Assembly: GCA_001724265.1 (NCBI GenBank)
Contig: MEDY01000119.1
Location: 1-64,000, forward strand
DNA length: 64,000 nucleotides
Source of the DNA: Rhizaria sp. SCN 62-66
Lineage: Eukaryota
Direction of reading: 5' to 3'
This document shows positions 45,016 to 56,300 of the stretch, one piece after another. Below the pieces are notes generated by a model. It was not told the DNA's origin, did no database searches, and worked only from the letters and a program-made list of their open reading frames with translations. Position 1 is the stretch's first letter, and each line of letters starts with the position of its first letter. Both the position numbers and the translations under genes were made by a program.

Positions 45016-48000
45016 CGCGCAGCAGCACCAGCAGCAGCGCATGGGCCGCCGCGTGCCGTCCCATCAAAACATGGCTGCCGCCGCGGGCGTCGGCGCCACC
45101 CAGGCCGCCGGCGCCGCTGCGGGCGCGCCGGGCTCTGCGCGCAAGCAGCGTCCGCGCGCGGCGGCGGCGCAGCGCGAGGGCGGCATCCAGATGAGCCTCC
45201 TGGGCGACACCGACAACGGCGACGGCGGCGACGGCGCGGGCGTCAGCAGTAGCGCCAGCGCGCGCGCGCCGCGGACCGGCGCCGTGGGCTACAGCGATGA
45301 CGGCGACGATGACGACGGCGCCGCGGCCGCGCGCCGCCGCGCCGGCGGCAAGGCCAAGGGCAAGGGCGGGCACGGCCGCGCGGCCGCGCTCATCGACGCC
45401 GACAGCACCGAGGCGCTTTCGCAGCTGCCCGCAGAGCCCGCGATGGGCTCGCGCCAGCGCCAGAGCGCCAACGCCGCGTACGGCCAGCGCCGCGGCGGCG
45501 CCGTGGCCTCGGTCTCGGGCTCCGCGCAGCGCGGCGGCCCCGGCGCCGCGGGCTCTGCGGCGGGCGCTGCGGGCTCGCTGGCGACTGCGCCGGTGCGGCG
45601 GCGCGTGTCGATGAACGAGTCCGCGATGCTGAACATCGACCGCGTGAACGAGAACATGGCCGAAGTGGATCCGCAGGCGTATGCCAACGTTGACAACAGC
45701 GCCGGCACGCGCTGGGGTCTCGAGTCGGTTGACATCACGTCCTACATCGCCTCCGGCAACGCCGACGACGACGCCGGCGCCGCGGGCGAGCGCGCGCTCT
45801 TCGATGCCTCGGGCCGGCCGATCCAGGACCCGCAGGACTCTGAGCCCTCGGGACGCGGCCGCAGCGACTCGTTTTCGCTCACGCGCCTCGGCCGCAGCGG
45901 CGGCGGCGGCGCGGGCGCGGGCGGCGCAGGCAACAGCTGTGACGAGGACGAGGACGACGACGAGGACGACCATGACGAGGATGAGGACGAGGACGGTGAC
46001 GAGGACGGTGACCACAGCGACTCCAAGTCCAAGCGCTCCAACAGCAAGGGCGGCCGCAGCAACAGCGTGTCCCGCTCCAAGACGCGCCCCGCGACGGCGG
46101 CGCAGCAGTCCCCCTCGCAGCAGCCGCAGGCGGCGTCGGTTGCCGGCGGGCGCGGCCAGACGCACGGCCACGGCCATGGGCACGAGGACAACGAGGAGGA
46201 GGAGGCGGGCGATCACTTCCCCGCGCTCTCGCCCGAGCCGCTGGGTTCGCGCGCCTTCTCCAGCAGCAGCGCGCCGCCCGCGCTGCCGCCGCCGCGCAAC
46301 CCCGCCGTGACCTTGTCCGCGCCGGTCGCCGCGGCGCCCCCGACCGTGGTGTCGCCCCGCGCCGCCGCTCTCGCGCAGCAGCAGGCCCTCCAGCAGCAGC
46401 AACAGCAGCAGCTAGCATTACAGCAGCAGCAGCAGCATCTGGCGGCGGGCCCCGCGCCGCGCATGGGTCGCATGCCCTCGGTATTGGACATGCGCGGGCT
46501 CACGGCCGCGATGCCCGCGCTGCCCAGCGCCGCGGGCATGGCCAACACGCTCCAGATCGGCGCGGGTCTCTACCAGCAGCAGCAGCAACAGCGCCAGTAC
46601 ATGCAGCAACAGCAGCTCCAACAGCAGCAGACGCAGCAGCCGCTGACGTACGCACAGCAACAGGCGCAGGCGCAGCAGGCGCAGGTGCTGGCACAGATCC
46701 AGTCGCACCAGCAGCGGCAGGCGCAGGCGCAGGCGCAGGCGCAGGGGCTGCCGGGCGCGCCCTACAGCGCGGCGCCGCGGCGCCGTATCCCGGCCCCGCC
46801 GCGCGTGGTGCAGCGCAAGGGCTGCGGGCCGCGCTGGTGGCGCCGCATCCCCGTCCCGTCCTTCGCCAACGACGTCGAACGCCGCGACTTCTCCTGCATC
46901 GGCGCCGCGTGCGGCGTGGCCTCGTCGGTGACGGCGCCGCTGGGCGGGACGCTTTTCGCGGCGCACGAGACGGGCACGACGTGGAACCTCGACCTGGGCC
47001 TGCGCGTGCTCTTCGCCGCTGTCGTCTCTGTGCTCACCATTGCCTTCTTCACCACCGGCCTGCTCGACTCGTGGGGCGACTTCAACCTGCGGCTCTACGG
47101 CACCATGTACGTCGGCTCCGCTGTCACGCAGTTCGTGTGGTGGGAGATCCCCGCCTTCGTCTTCGTCGGCGTCATCGGCGGCTCGCTGGGCGCGCTCTTT
47201 GCGCAGGCCATCGCGCGCGCGACGCTGTACCGCAACCAGCTCACGGCCAAGTACCCCAAGTGGGTCCGCGTCGCCGACACGGCGGCCGCGGCGGCCATCT
47301 GGTCCACCATCATCTACTTCGTGCCCTTCTTCTGGGACTGCGTCGACATCGACCCCGCGTTCCCGGCCACCGAGGCCGCCGAGACGGCCTCCGCGGGCAC
47401 CTTCAAGACGCAGCGCTACAACTGCCCCGAGGGCCAGCACAACACCATGGCGGACCTGTCGATGGTGCGCCAGAACGTGCTGCTCAAGCACATGCTCGTG
47501 CGCCAGATCCCGCACTGGTTCTCGCTCGGCCAGCTCGCCTTCTGGGGCATTCTGTACTCGCTGGGCGCGCTTATGGTCTGCATCACCTCGGTCGTCGCCG
47601 GCATCTTCCTGCCCAACCTCACCATCGGCGCCATCATCGGCCGCTTCATTGGCGTCATGCTCGCGCGCTGGAACAACCAGGGTGACTCGGGGCTCCCCAT
47701 CAACCCGGGCGCATACGCCGCCGTCGGCTGCGCGGCCTTTCTCGTCGGCTCCACCGACAACCCCATCGCGGACGCCATCCTCATCCTCGAGGTCATGTCC
47801 GACTACTCGTACTTCATGCCCGTCGTCATCGGCGCCATTGTCGCGCACCTGGTCGGCTCCTCCATCTCGGAGCCGCTGACGTCGCTGATCATCGGCAACA
47901 AGCTGCTGCCGGTGCTGCAGCGCGAGCCGCCTGCGCAGCTCAAGGTGCTCACCACGGCGCAGGTCATGACGCGCCACCCGGTGTGCCTGGGTATCAACGA

Positions 48001-48868
48001 GCCCGTGGCGCACCTCATCGAGGTGCTCGCCACGTGCACGCACAACGGCTTCCCCGTCGTCTACTCCTCCTGCGCGCGCAACCGGCACTCGGACGTATCG
48101 CACCAGCTGCACGTGTCGAACCACCAGGGCGTGGGCTGCAACCGCGCAGTGGTGGGCATGATCCTCCGCAAGCAGCTGCTCGTGGTGCTGCTGCGCCGCG
48201 TCTGGCGTAGCAACGCGCAGGAGTTCACGCCCGCAGAGTTCGACGAGGCCGTCAACTTCCCCATGCCAGCGCTCTCGGACGTCACGCGCGGGCTCACGCG
48301 CCGCGACTTGACCGCGCGCCTTGACCTGGGGCCCTATTGCAACCGCTCCTCACTGCCGGTGCACGAGCACGTGTCGGCCGACGTGACCTTCCGCCTCTTC
48401 TCCCAGTTCGCGCTGCGCCACCTGGCCGTGATCAACGAGCGCGGCGAGCTCACCGGCATCGTGACGCGCCTCGAGATGCTCGCGCCAGTTATCATGCACC
48501 GCTACGCGGCGCAGACGCTGCAGGAGCGCAGCAACGTCATGCGCGGCGACCTCACGCAGCTCGAGAAGGGCTGCGCCGCCAACACGGCCTACGAGCTGCG
48601 CAAGGCCTTCTACACGGAGCGCGACGGCGACGGCGACGACGCCGACGCCAACTACCACCAGCAGACGCACAACGCGTCGCAGTACAGCTACTCGCGCGAC
48701 CAGCTGCGCCGCCGCAACGAACGCGCGCGCTCCATTGCCAGCGCGCGCGCCAGCGCGGCTGAGTACCAGGCGCAGCTGCAGGTGCTGCAGTCATACCAGC
48801 AGCAACAGCAGCAAAAGTCGCCGCAGCAGCAGTCTCAGCAGCAGCAGGCGCCCACGACTCAGGCGTAA
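41918..48868 (+). CDS. CLC-family anion channel/transporter (CLC-6/7-like layout) with two CBS domains and very large disordered extensions, ~2316 aa
   Basis: NSLDY, ASGLPDVRAFLNG, GVQGPLIHTGA, FANDVERRDFSCIGAACGV...APLGGTLF, GIFLP, PGAYA, and CBS motifs HNGFPVV and LRHLAVINERGELTGIVTR. ATG at 41918, stop TAA, no introns evident. Confidence 0.93.
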
Positions 48869-50304
48869 GCAAGCAAGCAAGCAGGCAGGCAAGCACATGC
48901 GCACGCATGTGAGATGCGACCGGCAGTATGGCTGCTGGGACCATTGGCATTGCTGAGAGCTTACAACAACACACGTCGTCGACGGAATGGATGTTCACTC
49001 TACGTGAAACATTTTTGTTATTTCACTTCAATGCTCTTTGTGCTTTTACCCTCCTATCTAATGTTTTCAGTCATGACATGTGTGCCGAGATTGGCGCACA
49101 ACGTTTGCCGCAGTTACGGTAGATTTTGTTCTTCTTACTTTTTTCGTTTTCGTTGTCCGTTTTTGTTGTCCGTAAATAAGTTATTTTAGTCGTGACCGGC
49201 GAGTCGGAAAAGCATATAAGTTCGAGCTGTCTTTCGTCTTATTTATCTCTTTTTCCTTCGTTTTGTTTGTTCGCCTTTGAATTTGTCTTTCGTTTATTTT
49301 TTAAATGCGTGTGTGATCCGTTCTTGCATGCGTGTTTTGCTGCGTCGGTGTCTGTGCCTCTGCCTCTGTCTCTGTCACACCGCAAAGGACTCACTTCCCG
49401 ACCCCTCAGCGACGCAGCCAGCTCGTCGGTCACGCCACGCGCACTCAGCACTTGCACTCCGTCAGCCAGTTCGTTGTTGGCATCGCACGCCGCGCAAAAG
49501 CAGCAGCGCAGCGCTTGCGCTGCTGGGCGGCCTGCGCGGGACCCCGTGACCCCTGCCAGGCCCGTGCCCGCTTTCCCCCCGTTGCTTTCCCCCCCTTGCC
49601 TATCTCGCACTGCTCCGGTCTTGTTGCTGCGGCGACAGCCACCAGATAAACTTCTTGTTTGCATGTGTGCGAACACATGTGATCGGAGCGGAAGACGGGG
49701 GGTATAGACGGGCAATGTTTCTATTATTCAAATTTTAGCATTTAATTCATTTACATTATGTATAATACAACTCAAAATTACTATATAAACTTATTATCCG
49801 ACTGTACATGTCATCTTTCGTGGTGCTTTTGTTTGTGGTGCTCGTATTCCACTCTTTCCTGACGCCCCGCCGTTTCTGCCCGATGATGAGCATGCAGCTT
49901 GAAAGTGATATATCTTGCCGCTTTCATTTCCAGCTTAAATGTTAGTTTTTAATTAACACGAGACAGACAGTTTAGCATCTTGGCATAGCGTTAATTTTTA
50001 TGATGTCGGATTCCTGACACTTTTATTTTCAGTTAAAGCACCGACTGTCTGGGGTCACTGTGATTTTGCGTTGATTCTCTATTCTTGCCTCCGACTAAGG
50101 AGCCTTTAAGGATTTTTGAAACATGTTTGCCTTGATAACTTAGTAAACCTTTATTTGTATCGATTACACATGCTCACATTTCTGCTTACATCTTCCCACG
50201 CTCACAGGCTCGATTAGTAGCCAGGAAAATCGCATAAGACTTGAGAACACATTGAATTTGAACCAATCTCGACCCCCTAGTCCTTCGAACCCCGGCCAAG
50301 GTTC

Positions 50305-53300
50305 ATGCGCTCTACCGCGAAGCAGACTGCCCGCGTAAGTCAATCATTAAAACCACATCCCATTCTTCCTACTGCATTTCTTCATTTGCAGCAGCGTCTC
50401 ACAACTTGCTTTCCTCACCTCCCGTTCTCTATGTCTTTCCTACTTTCTTCCTCTCGTTCTCATCCCCGCGTTTATCCCTGCATTTGCAGCCATCGGCCAC
50501 GGGCGGCGGGCTCCACAGCTCGTCATCGGCGCTGCCATATGTTATCAAGGACATAAGCTTCGGCGCGCCCGACTCCCCCGCGCCCCCGCCGCCCGCGCCC
50601 CGCCGCGGCGGCCCCTCGTTCGCGCTCACAGCCCCCGCGGGCCCCGCCGGCCCCGCGGGCGCCTCTGCACTGCAGAAGCAGTCCTCGCGCATTGCGGAGC
50701 CGCCCAGCACGTACGTGGGCAGCGGGCCCGTGCGCCGCAAGCCCGCGCCACCGACAGTCCCGCTCCACGCCTGGGCCGCCACCGGCGCCGCCACGCCCCC
50801 CGCCGCCTCGGCCGCCGCCGCCGCCGCCGCCGCGGTGATGTCGGGCGCCACCTTTGTCCTCGTGCCGCCCCGCGCCGGGCAGCAGCAGCCTGACTCTGCT
50901 TCGGTGCCCTACGGCGCGCCCCGCTTCGGCAGCACCGGCCCACCGCCGCCGCTGCCGCCCGCGCAGCTGGCTCCGCTCGCGCGCACGCCTTCCCAACAGC
51001 AGCAGCAGCAGTACGCGGCGCGGCCGCCATCGCCGCGGCACACGCACCCCGCGACGGCGACGGAGCGCGCCGCGGGCGCAGGCGGGGCGCCGCTGCGCAT
51101 CCCGCTCTCGGCCGCGGCCTTCTTCTCGATGCAGTTCCCGTTTCCGTCCACCAGCAAGGCCGCCACCGCGGCGTCGCCCGCGGGCGGCGGCAGCGGTAGC
51201 GGCGGCGAGAGCCCCAGCGCGATCGACCTGCTGCTGCTGCAGACGGGCTCAGCGTCGTCCGTGTCGCAGCTCTCGCCCGTGGACGTGACCGTGCGTCTGC
51301 AGCAACTGCGTGAGGCCTACTTCCACCTCGCCAACCGGCACGCGCGCGGTCACCGCTGCTCGGGCTGCGAGAGCGGCGCGCACGGGCCTGGCGCGCACGG
51401 GCCCGGCGGCCGGCCCGCCTTCGACACGACTCCGCGAAAGTTTCGCTCCGACGGCGGCGAGCCCGACTCAACATCGAGCGTCGTGTCGGGCCCCTTGGGC
51501 GGCGGCCGCGGCGGGGCCAGCGCGGCAGCGAGCTCGCGCGCGCGCGACGCCGTGGGCGCGAGCGACATGAGCGCGCTTAAGTCGGGCATGGTGCTTTTCT
51601 TCACTCAGCAGCAGCAGCACCGCGCGGCCGCCCGCCGCGCTGCGGCGCGCGAGGCGCAGCGCGGCGGCGCAGGCGGGCCGCTGGGCCAGGGCCGCGCCAG
51701 CGAGACGCGTCTGCGGGCCCTCGAGGGCGGTGCGCTTGTCGAGGAGGTCCCCGACCAGCCCGCCGACGCGGGCAACATGCGCTTTACCTTCCAGATCAAG
51801 CCGCGCAAGCCTCTGGCCGCGGCCGCGACGGCGGCGACGACTGGCGTGACGCCGGCGCTGGGCGCGGGCCCCGGCAGCGCGGCGGCCACGAGCAGTACCG
51901 CGACGACGGCGGCGACGGCGGCGCAGGGGCTGCGCGCGGGCCCGGCGCGGCGCGTGATTCTGTCGCAGTCCGCGGCGTCCAAGGCGGAGACGGACGCGGC
52001 GATCCTGGAGAAGCAGGTCATCGCGCACCTCAACGCGCCGACGTGCTATCTCTTTGGCCCGCCCGGCATGCTTGACAGCAGGGACGTCGCCGCTTTTATG
52101 GCTGGCGTGCGCTCCGCGGCGCAGGCACTTGCGGGGAACCGGCAGTACCTCGCCATGGCGCAGCGGCGCGCGCGCGAGCAGGCGCGGCGCGACCGTATGC
52201 TCAAGCGCGGCAACGGCGAGGGCGACGGCGCCGACGACAGCGACTTTGGCGGCTTCGAGCGCGACCCCGATGACTCGCTATCGACCGCGGCGGGCGGCGG
52301 CGGCGGCAACAGCGCTGTGGACGTGAACAAGGTGCTGCGCGCCGTGTACGCCGACACGCTGCAGCACTTGCAGACCTTCGGCGCTGCGGGCCGCGTCTTC
52401 AAGTCGGTCCCCGAGGCCGTGCGCGCGCTGCGGGCGCTTCTGGTGGCGCCCGGCGCGGCGCGCATGCAGCTGCTGCAGGCGCTGGCGCCGATCCAAGCAC
52501 AGCTTGTGTACTCGCGGCGCAACCGGCCGCGGCCCGCGCAGATGGGCGGCGCGGCGGCCGCGCCCGTGGGCGAGATCGACCTTTACGCGCCGCGGCAGCT
52601 GCCGTCGCTCAGCGAGGTCGAGCGCGTGCTCGACGCCGCGCAGACGGGCGAGCAGACGTTGGACATCATGCGCAAGTTCGCCGCGCTGGGACGCCGCTTC
52701 CTGTCGCCCGAAGACCTCGTCCGTGCTGTGCGCGCTGAGGCCGAGACGACGGAGGAGATGAAGCGGCAGGTCTTCCTCTTCCTCAACAACCGCAAGTGCG
52801 AGCTGCTGGACGAGGCGGCCGTGCGCAAGGCGCGGCTGGCGGCGGTGCCGCACGTGGACGTGTACTACCGCCCCGCGGACCCGCTGTTGGCGGCGCGCAA
52901 CCCGCTGACGGCGGAGACGCTGCACCAGCCCGTGCTGGTGACGCGCGAGGAGGTCGATCTGGTCTTCGAGCGCGGCCAGGCCGGTGCGCACACGATCATC
53001 CACCTCGACCAACTGGCGCGCGAGCTGGCCGTGAGCATGATCGCGCGCGAGACGGGCAAGATCGTGCCCGCCGTCGCGCGCAAGACAAGCATCACGCTCA
53101 TGGGACGCCAGCTTGAGCTTGCCGCGCCCCTCAGCAACAGCAATAACGGCAGCAACAACTCTATCCCGGACGGCAGCAGCGGCGCCGTCCCTGGGACGGC
53201 TCGTCGCAGCAGCACCTCAGGCGCTTTGACCGACGAGGCTCAGTCGCAGCAGCCGCAATCGCCGGCCGAGCCGCCCGGCGCGTCGCCCGTGCGCCACTGG

Positions 53301-56300
53301 CGCCGCCGCAGCGCCATGTCCTCCGGCCTCGCGGAGATGCCCTTCACGTCGATCCCGGCGCTGGCTGACGCCGTGTACGCGCTGGAGCTGGCGCGCGCGG
53401 AGGAGTCTGTGCTGGGGACCTCACTGGCGCAGCAACGGCTCGACGACGCGACCGCGCTCACACACGACGGCGCCGTGCTGCTGGCGTACCTGCAGAGCAG
53501 CGAGTGCAGCGTCTTCGATACCGCATTCGCGGGCCCGCGCCAGATCGTGCGGGTGTCTTCGGCCAAGCGCCGCCGTAACAGTACCGCTACTGACGGCTCC
53601 GGCTCCGTCGCGGACGGCGCGGCGAACGGCGGCGCCAGCGCGGCGAGCAGCCAGATCGACATCACCAAGTCTGGCATCATGGAGCTGCTGCGCGCGGGCG
53701 GCGATGACCTCAACTCGACGCTGCGCCACCTGCAGGACATGTCGCGCGAAGGCGGCAAGCCCGTCAACGGGAATCTGGGCGTGCTGACGGACCGTTATGA
53801 CTCGGTTCCCGCGCTGGTGGCCGCCGTGCGGCGCCGCGAGCAGGACCGCGACGCGCAGGCGCGCGCGCTGTGGCGCTATCTAGGCTCCGAGGACAGCGAG
53901 GGCTCTGCGATGCTGCCCAGCATCGCGCCCATCAAGCCCGGGGACGTGCCCGAGGACGACGACAACGACATCGAGCGCGGCGACGGCGGCGACGGCGCGG
54001 GCGGTGAGACCTACAACATCAACCAGCAGAGCGAGCTGGACGCTGTGGTAACCATGGCCACGGGCCCGCGCGTGCCCCCGCTGCGCCTCGCCCTCATCCC
54101 CACGGCCACAGTGTCGAGCGCGACGACCGGCGCCATGCCCGAGGAGGGCGAGGGAGAAGCTGAGGGCGAGGAGGCCGCGGCCGCGCTGATGCCACAGCTC
54201 ACGCTGGCCGACATGCGCTACCTGCTGGCCGAGGGCCAGGCGGGCGTGCAGACGCTGCCGCTGGTGCAGTCATTCGCCGCGCTCGGCCGCTCCTTCGCGG
54301 ACGTCGAGGAGCTCGCGTTTGCCGTCAAGGCCGCCGCGCGCGGTGAGGCCGGCCGCCGCGCGCCCGCCGCTTCGGGGGACGCCGCGGCGCAGAAGCAGCA
54401 GCAGGCCGCGTCGGCCGGCGGGCCGCGGTCCCCGCACGGCCGGCGGCCCTCGATGCGGCCGGGGCATTCGCGCCACGGCTCGACGCTCAACGGCAACAAC
54501 AGCGGTGACCCCGCGAGCGTGCGCGCTGCCGCCGCGGCCGCGATGCCCTCGCTGTCGCGCACAAGCTCCACCGTCGCCGGCGGGGCGCCGCGCGCGGGTG
54601 CCGCTGCCGCTGCGACCGCCGCGGCCGCCGCGCGCGCCCGCGACGAGGCCCGCAGCGCGGTGCTGCAGTTCCTGACGACGTCGCCCGAGTCGCCGCTGCT
54701 GCCCTTCTTCCCGCAGGCGCGGCCCGAGCAGCAGACGCCCGCGGCCGTCGCCGTGCCGGGGCTCTCGGCCGTGTGCTCCACGACGGCGTACGTCGCCGAC
54801 GTCGAGGACATGCCGCCCTTCACCGTCCACCTCTCAGAGGCGGAACTGCAGGCGCTGCTGCGCGCGACCGACGGCGACGCCGCCATGGTCGTGCACTACA
54901 TGCGCGAGCTCAAGCGCGGCGGCCGCGCTGTGGAGCCGCGCATTGAGGCGGCCTCCGCAATGGCCGAGTTTGTTGCCGCGCGCCTGCGCCCGCCGCTGTC
55001 GACTAGCGCTGACGACGCGGACCCGAACCTGAACCCCGCGGCGTCGGCAGCGCTCGTTGCCGTCAACGCCAAGGACATGCACGACGCACTGGGCCGGCCC
55101 ACGCGCGGTGCCATCGCCCTCGCGCCGGATCTCGCGGCCATCGGCGAGGCCGTGCGCCGCGCGCACGCTGAGTGGCTTAAGCGCCGCCCCGAGGTGCAGT
55201 CCGCGTTGTTCCCCTACACCGACAAGCTCACCGAGCCCGAGGCGACAGCAGACTCTTCTTCGACCAAGACTGGCTCTGAGAGCGACGCTGCCGCGGCGGC
55301 TGCGCCCGCGGCCCCGCTGAGTCTGCTAGCGGTGCTGGACGACATCTACCGCGCGGGCGGCGCGGGCGACAACACGGACCTGTTCATCCGCGACCTCGTC
55401 GCCGAGGACCGCGCGCGCGCGCCCTCGCAGCGCCTACTCTCGGGCCCTGGCGTCACTGGCCCCGCCGCGCGTTCCTACCTGGTACGCCGGCTACGCGAGC
55501 TGCAGGGCGGCGTCGAGGCTGCCTATGCCGCGCAGCAGGCCGACCGCGCGCGCGCCGCGCTGGCCGACGCCGTGGGGCGCTCGGACCGCGCGCGCTGGCT
55601 GCAGGCCATGCAGGCGGCCCCGCGCAAGCTCTACGACCCCTACGACGGTCATCGCGTCGGCGCGGCGGTCTTCCCGGTCAACCCGAAGCTGGCCAGCGGC
55701 GAGCCCTTCACTCTGCGCCGCGACGCCAACGCCAGCGAAGAGGCCGCTGAGGCCGCCGCTGCTGAGGCCGCCGCCGCTGCTGCTGCTGCTGCTGCGGCGG
55801 CGGAGGACGACGGCGTTCTGGGCGGCGACAGCGACGGCGCGGTGGAGGACGTGGACCCGCTGTTTATGCGCGAAATGTACGTCTTCCTGTCCGGGCCCGA
55901 GTCGACGCTGCTGGTGCGCAAGGGTAAGGGCAAGGGCAAGGGCAAGGAGGGCGAGGATGAGAGCAAGGCCAGCGACGCTGGTGCGGACGGTAGCGGCAAG
56001 GCCGGCGACGGCGAGGAGAGCAAGGCGAGCGCTGACGCCGACGACACCGAGGCTGCGCCGGCATTTGCGCTGTCGGACATGCCGCGTCTGTACTACGGCA
56101 CCGGCGCGCGCCGCTTCGCCATGACGCACCTCACCGCGCTCGCCCGCGACGGCGCGCGCTTTGGCTCTCTCAAGGAGCTCGAGGCTGCCGTCGCGCAGCG
56201 CCACGCCACGTACGTTGCGGCCCGCGAGCGCGCGTTTTCGCTGCTCAATGCGCCGGACTGCGTCATCCTGCGACCCATCGACGCCGTCGCCGCCGCTGTT

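Noticed and set aside
43916-48124. Long antisense ORFs (828 aa and 568 aa) opposite the CLC; likewise 15768..17885, 36266..38749 and the many minus-strand ORFs beyond 50400
   Set aside because: Expected from GC-rich codon bias that depletes stops in alternative frames; no recognisable motifs.
49192-49715. Overlapping 77-171 aa ORFs on both strands downstream of the CLC
   Set aside because: No coherent codon bias, motif or splice structure; more likely UTR or intergenic, though a decayed fragment cannot be excluded.
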